From assembly GCA_016213425.1 (NCBI GenBank), contig JACRAI010000023.1, forward strand, positions 1 to 30,582: 30,582 nt of DNA, written 5' to 3'. Both the position numbers and the translations under genes were made by a program. This stretch comes from an archaeon. GTDB taxonomy: Archaea > Nanobdellota > Nanobdellia > Woesearchaeales > ARS49. Of this stretch, positions 5,790-17,275 are shown piece after piece (within the stretch, counting starts at the first letter, position 1; each line of letters begins with the position of its first letter). Under the pieces are notes generated by a model. The model worked only from the letters and a program-made list of their open reading frames with translations. It was not told where the DNA came from and did no database searches.

Positions 5790-7061
5790 TCACGAATGAG
5801 TTTCATGCACTATATTTTCAGAAATTTCTCCTCTTAAATTTTGTCCAAACAATTCTTTTACTTGTTTAGGATGATTGCTTAATAGCCATGCTAGTTTTAT
5901 AAATGCTGTTTCTGGAGTCATATCACAATAATTTCCCAACACTCCAATTTCTAAAAGTCTTCTTCCTGGAGTGTAAACGTTCATGTCAACTATCCCATAA
6001 ATTGTTTGAGTGGTCATGACTACTGGCATGTTTTTGCTTAATTTTTTTATTACTTCAAAAATTTTCTCGTGCTCTTTTGTTAATTTATCAATTTCATTAA
6101 TTGGTGCATGACCTAACCCTGTTCCTTCTATCACTAACCCGTCAAATTTCTCAAAAGCTTTGAATTCTTCAACAAACATATTAGTGTGTACTTTTAGCAG
6201 ACCAACTTTTAGTTTTTCATCAAAAAGTTGCAGTGAAAATTTACCTTCTGTCTTCGATGGTCCTTTTAGCAGAGTTATTTGTTTCGAATCATAATTTATT
6301 TTCGCTATGGGTGTTGTATTTATTGCTTGAAATGCGTCTCTTCTTGACGAATGCATTTTTCTGCATTTTGTTCCTGGAAGAATAACACAATGGTTGTCAT
6401 CGCTGTGTTCATGCATGCATAATGCAACCCCAGTATATTTTGTGTTGGCAATAAATGTCACTGCAGAAATCAAGTTTGATGCTGCATCGCTGCTTCCTCT
6501 ATCACTGCTTCTTTGAGCACCAACCAACAAAACAGGGATAGGACAATTTTCTAGAGCGAAACTTAATGCTGCACCAGTGTAATGCATTGTATCTGTTCCA
6601 TGAGTTATTATTACCCCTTTAACGCCTTTTTTTATTTCTTCATCTACTGCTTTAGCCATTATGTTATAATGAGAAAAGCGCATGTCATCTGATGACATGT
6701 TGCTTAGTAGTCTTGATGAAATGTTTGCCATATTTTGCAGTTCAGGAAACATTCTGAGCATTTCTTCAGGAGTGAACTTGTTGTAAACAGCTCCAGTTTC
6801 ATAATCCACTTTGGAAGCAATTGTTCCACCAGTATGCAAGATAGAAATTGTTGGCAGGCCTTTCTTTTGTTCTGTTTTCAAAGGTTTTTCTTGAGGTTCT
6901 TTTCTTGCTTCTAAAACTTTTATTTTTGCTTGTTTTTTGTTAATGCTTATATTGTAGCCAGTGTCGAGTTTTAGAACTAAGAAATTTTCTTCTTCAGGCA
7001 TTAAAACTCCTTCAAAAGTTCCTAAATTCGATTCTACTTTTACTCTGTCGCCCGGTTTCAT
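5790..7061 (-). CDS. gatD: Glutamyl-tRNA(Gln) amidotransferase subunit D
   Basis: N-terminal GDRVKV...G-LMP...LKLDTGYNI domain, TGGTIASKVDYETGAV, HGTDTM, GAQRSSDRGSSD, RKMHSSRRDAF and DMTPETAFIKLAWLL. Confidence 0.95.
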   Translation of the reverse strand: MKPGDRVKVESNLGTFEGVLMPEEENFLVLKLDTGYNISINKKQAKIKVLEARKEPQEKPLKTEQKKGLPTISILHTGGTIASKVDYETGAVYNKFTPEEMLRMFPELQNMANISSRLLSNMSSDDMRFSHYNIMAKAVDEEIKKGVKGVIITHGTDTMHYTGAALSFALENCPIPVLLVGAQRSSDRGSSDAASNLISAVTFIANTKYTGVALCMHEHSDDNHCVILPGTKCRKMHSSRRDAFQAINTTPIAKINYDSKQITLLKGPSKTEGKFSLQLFDEKLKVGLLKVHTNMFVEEFKAFEKFDGLVIEGTGLGHAPINEIDKLTKEHEKIFEVIKKLSKNMPVVMTTQTIYGIVDMNVYTPGRRLLEIGVLGNYCDMTPETAFIKLAWLLSNHPKQVKELFGQNLRGEISENIVHETHS

Positions 7062-7065
7062 TTAA

Positions 7066-7623
7066 TCAAAAATCAACTTTAGGAGCTGTTTGAGCTCCTG
7101 CATCTGCTTTGAAAGATTCTTTAACATTAAAACCAAACAAGGATGCTACAATATTTGTAGGTAGTCTTCTTACCTTTACATTGTAAAGTTGCACCGCACC
7201 GTTATAATCTTGTCTTGCAACTGCAACTCTATTTTCCGTACCTTCTAATTGAGCTTGCAAGTTCAAGAAGTTCTCACTTGCTTTTAATTGAGGATAATTT
7301 TCAGCAACTAACAGTAATCTTCCTATTGCTCCATCAAGTTCTTGCGCAGTGTTTACTGAAGGGTTTGAAGACCATTGACTTCTTAACTCTGTAATTTTAG
7401 TGAATAAATCTGCTTCATGAGTTGCATAACCTTTAACTGTTTCAACTATATTAGGTATTAAATCAAATCTTCTTTGGTATTGTGCTTGAACATTGCCCCA
7501 TGCTTTGTTCACATTTTCATCCGTGCTAACTAAACTGTTGTAGCTTCCGGCAAACCATATTAGTAACAATAAAACTAATACTCCTAAACCAATCAATACT
7601 TTTTGTGTTGTGTTTAATGTCAT
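7066..7623 (-). CDS. lemA: LemA family protein
   Basis: N-terminal TM helix, YNSLV..DE.V..AW.NV..QYQRRFDLIPN, LLLVAENYPQLKA and QLEGTENRVAVAR.DYN. It has an AGGTGA RBS. Confidence 0.95.
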   Translation of the reverse strand: MTLNTTQKVLIGLGVLVLLLLIWFAGSYNSLVSTDENVNKAWGNVQAQYQRRFDLIPNIVETVKGYATHEADLFTKITELRSQWSSNPSVNTAQELDGAIGRLLLVAENYPQLKASENFLNLQAQLEGTENRVAVARQDYNGAVQLYNVKVRRLPTNIVASLFGFNVKESFKADAGAQTAPKVDF

Positions 7624-7691
7624 TATCTCACCTTCGCATCACCATATTTGTTTTCGATTTAAAAAGATTACTGATAAAGTTTGGAGTTCTG

Positions 7692-7733
7692 AGCACGTAC
7701 CACGAACTGCAAACCATGAACCACAAACTACTC
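7692..7733 (+). repeat. Degenerate heptamer tandem tract 2, with an inverted arm at 7679-7689
   Basis: AGCACGT ACCACGA ACTGCAA ACCATGA ACCACAA ACTACTC at the 3' end of the TPM gene. GTTTGGAGTTC (7679-7689) pairs with GAACTGCAAAC (7704-7714) at 10 of 11 positions. Confidence 0.65.
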
Positions 7734-8588
7734 AAGGAATCTTCCTCCGCTACCACCGCCACTGAAACCACCGCCACCACCGAAACTGAAACCACCGCTA
7801 CCGCCAGAACTACCATATCCTCCTAAACCACCACTACCCATACCATATTTGCCAGATCCGTAATACCCATTTGTTCTTAACAAAAAAAATAGCGAGAAGA
7901 AAAGCATAACAAAAAGAGCAGATATGAAAATATCTATAGCTATAAACCAGGCAATAATCATTACAAATAACTCAGCTCCAAAAAATGTTGTGTACTTTTT
8001 TGCTTTTTTCTTTATCTTAGTACAGTATTGTGCAAACTTCATAAAAAAGATTGCGGCTCCAAAAAGAAAAAGCGGTGTAAAATCTCGGAAATTATTAGAT
8101 TTATATTCTTCAAGAACTGAAGGATCGTTTTTTAGTAATTTTTGGATTTTTATCAATGCAAGGTAAATTCCTTCACCATAATCTTCTGCTTTGAAATGAG
8201 GAACCATTACTTTTCTTCCTAAATTTGAGGATACAACATCGGGAATTGATCCCTCTAAACCTGAACCAACCTCTATACGCCACTCTCTTTCCTCTAAAGC
8301 AACAAGAATCACTAAACCATTTTTTTGCTTGCCAACACCCCATTCACGACCTATATTTAATGCAACTTCTTCAACGGGACGTCCTTCAAGTGAAGGCAAA
8401 GTTACTACTGCAATTTCTACAGTTAATTCTTTTTCGATTTGAGAAATCAAATCATTAATCTTTATTTTATCTTGATTTGTAAGTACCCCTGCAAAATCAT
8501 TAACCCATCCTTGAGGTTTAGGTATTTCTAGAGCTAGCGCTGGAGTGATGAACAATAAAAGCGATAAAAACACCAGAGCTTTTTTCAT
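7728..8588 (-). CDS. TPM-domain (YgcG/TLP18.3-like) membrane protein with a Gly-rich tail
   Basis: WVNDFAGVL, EIAVVTLPSLEG, WGVG--KNGLVILVA--EREWRIEVG-GLEG-IPD, TM helices and a GGGGFSGGGSGG tail. It forms the typical pairing with lemA. Confidence 0.9.
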   Translation of the reverse strand: MKKALVFLSLLLFITPALALEIPKPQGWVNDFAGVLTNQDKIKINDLISQIEKELTVEIAVVTLPSLEGRPVEEVALNIGREWGVGKQKNGLVILVALEEREWRIEVGSGLEGSIPDVVSSNLGRKVMVPHFKAEDYGEGIYLALIKIQKLLKNDPSVLEEYKSNNFRDFTPLFLFGAAIFFMKFAQYCTKIKKKAKKYTTFFGAELFVMIIAWFIAIDIFISALFVMLFFSLFFLLRTNGYYGSGKYGMGSGGLGGYGSSGGSGGFSFGGGGGFSGGGSGGRFLE

Positions 8589-8619
8589 ATTTTTGAAAAA
8601 AGAAAAGAATTATTTAAAT

Positions 8620-8656
8620 GTTTGCAGTAATTCTAACCTCAAACTCCAAACCAGTT
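8620..8656 (+). repeat. Degenerate heptamer tract 3 with an inverted arm
   Basis: ACCTCAA ACTCCAA ACCAGTT (8636-8656) abuts the stop of the 8655-9041 gene. GTTTGCAGT (8620-8628) pairs with ACTCCAAAC (8643-8651) at 8 of 9 positions. Confidence 0.55.
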
Positions 8657-9041
8657 ATTCGCCCCAACGCTCATCAGGCAAATTGTTTGCTTCAATGTAT
8701 CTAACTTTATCAGTTACTAGTCTTGCTTTGAATTCTTCTCTCAATCTACCAAACAGTCGAAAATCCTCTTGAGATAATTGAGATCTGTTGGCTTGAAAAT
8801 TTAGCTCAAATAATCCATATTCTTCATTTACTAAATCGAGTTTTCTCTGATAATCCTCACTAGTTATATTATAATTATTTTCCAAAGAATCGAGCACATT
8901 ATCTAAATTTTTAGCATAACTCATCAATTTGGTAAAATAATTTTTGTCAGATCTTTTAGACAGAGAATGAGTTGTGTAATTTGGTGCAACACAACCTTGA
9001 AAAAGAAGGCCTGCAAGTATTGTTCCTATTATTTTTCTCAT
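8655..9041 (-). CDS. Hypothetical lipoprotein-like protein
   Basis: 128-aa ORF with a signal peptide and lipobox-like MRKIIGTILAGLLFQGC. It looks helical; no family recognised. Confidence 0.7.
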   Translation of the reverse strand: MRKIIGTILAGLLFQGCVAPNYTTHSLSKRSDKNYFTKLMSYAKNLDNVLDSLENNYNITSEDYQRKLDLVNEEYGLFELNFQANRSQLSQEDFRLFGRLREEFKARLVTDKVRYIEANNLPDERWGE

Positions 9042-9122
9042 GATTAGTTTAAACTAACAGATATTTAAAATACTTTCCTTTTATTTCATAAATGATTTAA
9101 AGAGATAAAATAAGAAAAAAGT

Positions 9123-9779
9123 ATGGATTGTGTAATTCTTGCAGGAGGTAAGGGTAGCAGGATGGAAGATCCGCTGCCTAAAGCAATGATTGAAGCAGGA
9201 GGCAAAGCAATAATCATGCACCAATTAGAATACTTAGTTAATAAAGCAGATGATATAGTTATTTCATTAGGATATAAGTCTGAAGAAGTTATTAAGTATG
9301 TTGAAGAAAATTTCAAGAGCAGCTCAATAAAATACGTAGTAGAAACAGAACCTTTAGGCACAGCCGGTGGGCTGAAATTGGCGTTGCAAAAAACAAAATC
9401 TGACCTTGTTCTAGTTTTGAATTGTGATGATATAGCAGATATTGACTTAAAAAAATTAGAAGAATATAATGATAACACCATTTGTGTTGCTCATCCCAGA
9501 TTGCCTTTTGGTTTAGTGAACAGTTATTGCGGGTACGCTGAATTTTTAGAGAAACCTTTACTTAATTGCTGGACTAGCTGCGGATGGTACCTGCTGAAAA
9601 GAGAGGCTATTAATGAGTTGCCAGATAAAGGAAGTATTGAATATGATATTTTTCAAACAAGAAAAATAAAAATGAGAGTTTATGAACATGAAGGATTCTG
9701 GAGTGCTTTAAATACAAAGAAAGATATTGAAGAATTTGAAAAAAATTTAAATAATAGAACAAAAAAAGATCAGTTATGA
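9123..9779 (+). CDS. Sugar-phosphate nucleotidyltransferase (NTP_transferase family)
   Basis: ILAGGKGSRM, LPKAMIE-GGK-II, ETEPLGTAGGL and VLNCDD. Confidence 0.9.
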   Translation: MDCVILAGGKGSRMEDPLPKAMIEAGGKAIIMHQLEYLVNKADDIVISLGYKSEEVIKYVEENFKSSSIKYVVETEPLGTAGGLKLALQKTKSDLVLVLNCDDIADIDLKKLEEYNDNTICVAHPRLPFGLVNSYCGYAEFLEKPLLNCWTSCGWYLLKREAINELPDKGSIEYDIFQTRKIKMRVYEHEGFWSALNTKKDIEEFEKNLNNRTKKDQL

Positions 9780-11458
9780 AAAGATTATTGGTGATATTAC
9801 TTTTGTTATTTCTTGCTTGCCAGCCAAGCTTCGAATCCGAAGGAGATATAATGGATTTGAAAGCAAAGTGTACAAGTTTAGGCGGAAATTATTGTGAAAG
9901 AAATCAACACTGCAAAGGAACTGCTTTAGACGAAAGCTGTTGTGCTGAAAAATGCGATTATTCTAGTATCATTTTTTCCCAAGCCATGGCCAGTGAAGCA
10001 AAAGATATTTGTGTTATACCTGGAAATACTTGTAGTGATGGACTGTGCAAAATTATTGCAGTTGTTGACGAAGAAGTAAAAAATACATTAAGTACAGAAT
10101 TAAGCACTTGGAAGCAAGACATAAAAAATGATTTAAATATGCAAGTTGAATTTTTAAGTTTTCCAAGCAACACCCTGCCATACCAAATTAAATCGGCTAT
10201 TGCAGAAAAATACAACGAAAAAGTTCAAGGAACAGTAATTATTGGAGATATTCCAACAATGTATTACGGAGGGGGATATTTGGGAGAAGTCTATCCCAGT
10301 GATTATTATTATGTTGATCTTTTAGGTTACTGCAGTGATGAGTATAAAAAAGTCCCTAAAGAAGAATACTCTGAAACATACACTCCTGCTTTTACTGAAG
10401 ATAAAAATTATTTTTATCAAGGAGATTACCAAAAAGACTGCATGAAATCAAGTCAAGTTTACGTGAAGCCTTTCTGGACGGGAAGAATCAGTCCTGGAAG
10501 CGATAAGATTAACACTTTAAAAAAATATTTTGAAAGAAATCATGCTTACAGAATTGGACAATTAAAGTATGAAAAATTTCTTGCCTTCTACCCAATATTA
10601 TTTACAGACCACAAAGAAGAAGATGTAAGCTTTGACTTGGATAGTTTGTACACAAAAGAAGAAAAAAATATCATTCCAATAATAAAAGATCCTGAAGTTG
10701 AAGAAGTTCAAGGAGTTGAACTTGAAAGATTAGGCACTTCAGCAAAAATGTATTTGAAAGAATTGAAGAAACCTTATGAATTTGTTTATTATGATGGCCA
10801 CGGATGGCCTTTAAGTCACCAGCCCAATATTAATAATGAAGATATTGAGAAAACTATGCCTCAAGCAATGTTTTATGATATTAACTCTTGTTCTGTAGGA
10901 AGATTCACTGTTAAAGAAAACATTGCAGGCAAGTACTTGTACAGCGGCAATGGTTTAGTTGCTTTCGCTGCAACAACACCAGTGTTAGGAGGACCTCCTC
11001 AAATTACTGAAAGATATGCAAGTGCTCTCAAAAATGGTTTGACTTTTGGCGAAATACAAAATTTATTCATACAAAACCAGCCCGCGCATATTTTAGGAGA
11101 TCCAACACTTAGAATGAGAAATCCTGCCGGGAAAGCTCAAGCTTGCTTAGATAACTTAATTCTTGACTTTGGAAAATTAAAACAAGGAGAAACTGGAATG
11201 GTTAACTTAACAATTTATAATACAGGAAAAGATGTTTTGAAAATACAACAAACAATTAAAGAATTGCCAGGTAATTACCAGAGCAATTTTATTTTTAATT
11301 TTAATTGTGAAGGAGACATTCTTCCAGGAGAAAACATGAACTGCTTTTTCAGAGCAAACAGCGAAGAAAAAGGAATTCACGACGGAGTTATTTACTTAAT
11401 AACAAACGATCCAAATAATAAATTAATAAAGATTTATTTCAAAGGAAAACAAGAGTGA
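9776..11458 (+). CDS. Lipoprotein with a gingipain-like (peptidase C25/clan CD) domain and a C-terminal Ig-like domain
   Basis: Lipobox-like LLLFLAC and a Cys-rich N-terminus. IIGD-P, SDYYY-DL, WTGRI, DGHG (His), NSCSVG (Cys) and ILGDPTL fit a C25 domain. The LDFG...LTIYNTG...ILPGE...TNDP segment looks like an Ig-like beta-sandwich. Confidence 0.65.
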   Translation: MKRLLVILLLLFLACQPSFESEGDIMDLKAKCTSLGGNYCERNQHCKGTALDESCCAEKCDYSSIIFSQAMASEAKDICVIPGNTCSDGLCKIIAVVDEEVKNTLSTELSTWKQDIKNDLNMQVEFLSFPSNTLPYQIKSAIAEKYNEKVQGTVIIGDIPTMYYGGGYLGEVYPSDYYYVDLLGYCSDEYKKVPKEEYSETYTPAFTEDKNYFYQGDYQKDCMKSSQVYVKPFWTGRISPGSDKINTLKKYFERNHAYRIGQLKYEKFLAFYPILFTDHKEEDVSFDLDSLYTKEEKNIIPIIKDPEVEEVQGVELERLGTSAKMYLKELKKPYEFVYYDGHGWPLSHQPNINNEDIEKTMPQAMFYDINSCSVGRFTVKENIAGKYLYSGNGLVAFAATTPVLGGPPQITERYASALKNGLTFGEIQNLFIQNQPAHILGDPTLRMRNPAGKAQACLDNLILDFGKLKQGETGMVNLTIYNTGKDVLKIQQTIKELPGNYQSNFIFNFNCEGDILPGENMNCFFRANSEEKGIHDGVIYLITNDPNNKLIKIYFKGKQE

Positions 11459-11493
11459 ATTTGGTTTAGAGTTTTTAGTTCGGGGTTTGCAGT
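11459..11493 (-). repeat. Degenerate heptamer tandem tract 4 between convergent genes
   Basis: The minus strand reads ACTGCAA ACCCCGA ACTAAAA ACTCTAA ACCAAAT and fills the whole intergenic gap. An 8-bp inverted repeat TTTGGTTT/AAACCAAA lies at 11460-11467 and 11495-11502. Confidence 0.7.
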
Positions 11494-12671
11494 CAAACCA
11501 AAAGCTCTCTAACTTGATTCCACGGCAAATTATTGTTGTGGAAGAAGTCAGAGTCTTCTGTGAACTGTTTGTACAATTTAGGATTTTTCAAGTTAAAGAT
11601 TTTTATTCCTTCATTAATTCTTAAAGGAATATTTTTTCTTATTAATTCTTCAAGTTCTTCTTGAGAAAGTTTCCCTGTGTTATTTGTAAAAATGTTCAGT
11701 CCTACTTCTTCTTTACCTATTGTGTAATGAATTGAAACTCTTGCGAAATCTGCTAAATTGTTGCCCACTACTTGAACTGCAATGTTTCTCGCAATAAATG
11801 TTCCTGTGCTTGAAGGTTTAGTCGGATCTTCACCGCTGAATGAATCTTCTTGAACTCCATAAGATGCGAATGCATCTCTATATGGCTTCGCTTCTCGGCT
11901 TCCTTCATCAACTTCCCAGCCACCATCATGCCAGCCCCCTAAACCATTTATATCAATAATTGGTTTGCTTAAAACAGTTTGGTGCTTTCTTTCTAAATTT
12001 GCAAGATAAGAAACTAATATTTTGTTTACTTTTTCTCTTAATTCTTCAACAGATAAAGATGGTTCATGTTCTGCTGCAATTGTTATTTGGGTTAAAGAAT
12101 CTAACTTGTGATTGTTGTATAAAACGTCAACGCTTACTTTTCCATCTGATCTTAAACCGTTTAATTCTTTGACGCCTGAAAATCTTGCGATTTCTTGCGG
12201 AACTACTCCATTATTATGCTGTATAGAGTCTAGAATATCTCTGATTGAAACTGCTAGAAATCTTTCCCAAGGCAAATGATTTGGTGTATTTCTGTATGCT
12301 ACAGCTATTGGATTTCCTGAGTCGCCAGCGCTTTCATTTGAAGCTAAACTGTATGATTGAGGTTTGAAAGTGAATTCCACTTGCAATTCTTCTGGTTGAA
12401 GATTAGTTCTATGAACCCAATTATATCTGTCTAAAACTATTCTTGAAATTTTATCTTTAATACCTCCTTTAAGCAAAAAATCAGATATTTCTCCCGATAC
12501 TCGAACGAACGGTTTTCCTTCACGATAAGTTCCTGAAACACGTAAATCAAAACGCGAGTTCAAATCCACACTTAACAAATAAGAACTTACTAAGTTTGCA
12601 ATTCCTGAATCTAACTCATCTGGTTTTCCTCTTCTTCCTGCTTCAAACGAATGCGATATTTTTTCTGACAT
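11493..12671 (-). CDS. Highly divergent bacterial-type S-adenosylmethionine synthetase (MetK) homologue
   Basis: Collinear degenerate MetK motifs: E...GKPD, SGEI, PQS, AGDSG, LRSDGK, GG...DEG....K, FSGEDPTK, IARNIA and LPW. The likely start is ATG 12671 behind GGAGGT (the track uses 12686). Confidence 0.8.
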   Translation of the reverse strand: MSEKISHSFEAGRRGKPDELDSGIANLVSSYLLSVDLNSRFDLRVSGTYREGKPFVRVSGEISDFLLKGGIKDKISRIVLDRYNWVHRTNLQPEELQVEFTFKPQSYSLASNESAGDSGNPIAVAYRNTPNHLPWERFLAVSIRDILDSIQHNNGVVPQEIARFSGVKELNGLRSDGKVSVDVLYNNHKLDSLTQITIAAEHEPSLSVEELREKVNKILVSYLANLERKHQTVLSKPIIDINGLGGWHDGGWEVDEGSREAKPYRDAFASYGVQEDSFSGEDPTKPSSTGTFIARNIAVQVVGNNLADFARVSIHYTIGKEEVGLNIFTNNTGKLSQEELEELIRKNIPLRINEGIKIFNLKNPKLYKQFTEDSDFFHNNNLPWNQVRELLV

Positions 12672-12760
12672 GTTAGTTACCTCCATATTAGTTTGGAGAA
12701 CAAGACTTATTAAATAAAATAATTCATCGTGAAATTTGTAAATTAGACATAAATCTAAAA

Positions 12761-15750
<2,990 letters not shown>

Positions 15751-15753
15751 TCA

Positions 15754-16173
15754 TTATTTACTTTCTGGTTTAGGTTCTACCCTTGGCATTTGTAATGGCA
15801 CTGGTAGACCCATCTCTCTACTCAATATCAATGCAGTAAAATTGGATTTTGCAAGAATTGTGTTTAGTACAGGAATCATTACTTGTTGAGGAACTTTAGT
15901 TTTATCCTTCCAAGCATCAAGAATTTCTTTAGCTCTCTCTTTGTTATCAAGCCATAAAACTTCTCCTTCAATAGTGATGGTTGCAACTTTAGGCTCGTAT
16001 TCAGTTACGAATTCAAAAGAAAATTTAACAGCATCTTGATCTTTGCTGTCTAAACTCATCTTAGATTTTTCAATCTTAGTTATATTTGTATTACTAGTAA
16101 CATTAAGTTGACCTTTAGGAGATTCCTTTCTTTCAACACTTAATTTCTTAAATGATAATCCTAATACTGCCAT
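15754..16173 (-). CDS. Conserved hypothetical protein, possibly SecB-like fold
   Basis: 139 aa with a beta-rich N-terminal half (F-F-TEY, ITIEGEV), then long helices ending GLPVPLQMP, reminiscent of the SecB C-terminal GFPPL motif. The fold call is inference. Confidence 0.65.
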   Translation of the reverse strand: MAVLGLSFKKLSVERKESPKGQLNVTSNTNITKIEKSKMSLDSKDQDAVKFSFEFVTEYEPKVATITIEGEVLWLDNKERAKEILDAWKDKTKVPQQVMIPVLNTILAKSNFTALILSREMGLPVPLQMPRVEPKPESK

Positions 16174-16266
16174 GAAAATGGAAAGAAATTATCAGTATTT
16201 AAATTTATTGATTTAACAGCCAACTTTTCAAAAAAGTATTTAAAAAGCAAGATTTATTATAAAATA

Positions 16267-17202
16267 ATGGAAGTAATCATATTAGCGCTCATAATTATTG
16301 CAAGTCTGGTCATATTATTAAAAAGTGCAGACCACATCATTATAGGAATTTCAAAATATGCAAAAATTTTAGGATTAAGCGATGCATTAATAGGTTTGCT
16401 CGTCGTATCAATGGCTGCATCGCTTCCTGAAATCATTTCTTCAATATCCGGATTGTTAGCTGGAAACATGGATATAGCTGCAGGAGCAGTGATAGGGACT
16501 AACATGGTTCATTTGGCTTTAGTCGTGGGAATTCTTTCAATGGTAGGTAAAAAAATGAATTTATCTTGTGAAGTATTGGAAAATTCTAAGTTATTAATTT
16601 TTGGATTATTTATACTACCATTCATAGTTATGAGCGACGGAGTTTTGTCTAGACCTGACGGATTGCTTTTATTGGGAAGCTTCGTTATTTATGTTATATT
16701 TTTATGGCAAAAAGAAGGAACTCTTGGAAAAATAAAAAAAAATGTTAAACTAAAAAAAATTTGGAAAGAAATTTTGATTTTTGCAGGAGGATTGGTTGCT
16801 TTACTTATCTCAGGAAGAGTGCTAGTTTATGGAGTTGTTAATTTAAGCGCAGCACTTCAAATTTCAACTTATTTTATAACTTTAATAATTATAGGTATAG
16901 GAAGCGCATTGCCTGATTTTGTTGTTGGACTGCAAAGTGTTTTTAGAAAACATCAAGAGATAGGAATAGGAGATTTTATAGGGTCAACAATGATTCAATT
17001 CTTGCTATATTTAGGAATTGTTGCCTTAATACATCCTTTAATGATTGATTTCAAGAACACGATACTTGCAGCAGTTTTTTTAATAACCAGCATGGGAGTT
17101 TTGCTAATTTTCTTGAACAAAAAAACCATTAATTGGAAACACGGATTAATACTTGTAGGAATCTATTTGTTATTTATAGGTTCACAATTTTATTTTAGTT
17201 GA
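16267..17202 (+). CDS. Ca2+/cation antiporter (CaCA, YrbG-like)
   Basis: About 10 TM helices with two alpha-repeats: S-AASLPE...GA-IGTN and GIGSALPD...GD-IGS. Confidence 0.88.
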   Translation: MEVIILALIIIASLVILLKSADHIIIGISKYAKILGLSDALIGLLVVSMAASLPEIISSISGLLAGNMDIAAGAVIGTNMVHLALVVGILSMVGKKMNLSCEVLENSKLLIFGLFILPFIVMSDGVLSRPDGLLLLGSFVIYVIFLWQKEGTLGKIKKNVKLKKIWKEILIFAGGLVALLISGRVLVYGVVNLSAALQISTYFITLIIIGIGSALPDFVVGLQSVFRKHQEIGIGDFIGSTMIQFLLYLGIVALIHPLMIDFKNTILAAVFLITSMGVLLIFLNKKTINWKHGLILVGIYLLFIGSQFYFS

Positions 17203-17275
17203 GAACGCGAACATTTTATTTTTCTTCAACTTTCTGTGCATTCAAATCGCTTTTTAAGTTAATAAATAATATATT

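Noticed and set aside
5790-7061. gatD without an adjacent gatE
   Set aside because: The two genes need not be adjacent, and absence from one window says nothing about the genome.
7628-7816. Minus-strand 62-aa ORF that might be a frameshifted continuation of the TPM gene
   Set aside because: It is an alternative frame of the Gly-rich tail plus repeat tract 2. The TPM protein already ends with its normal GGGSGGRF-type terminus.
7742-7850. GC-rich ACCACCGCC / GAAACCACCGC repeats, considered as a second DGR VR or a repeat element
   Set aside because: They are fully explained by GGT/GGC/GGA codons of the Gly-rich tail expected in TPM-domain proteins. There is no IMH or triloop hairpin.
12680-12699. 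Hairpin TCTCCA-N8-TGGAGG covering the Shine-Dalgarno of the metK-like gene, considered as a SAM riboswitch
   Set aside because: The stem is only 5-6 bp and does not match SAM-I, II or III cores. A TATA-like box at about 12706-12719 implies the 5' arm may not be transcribed.
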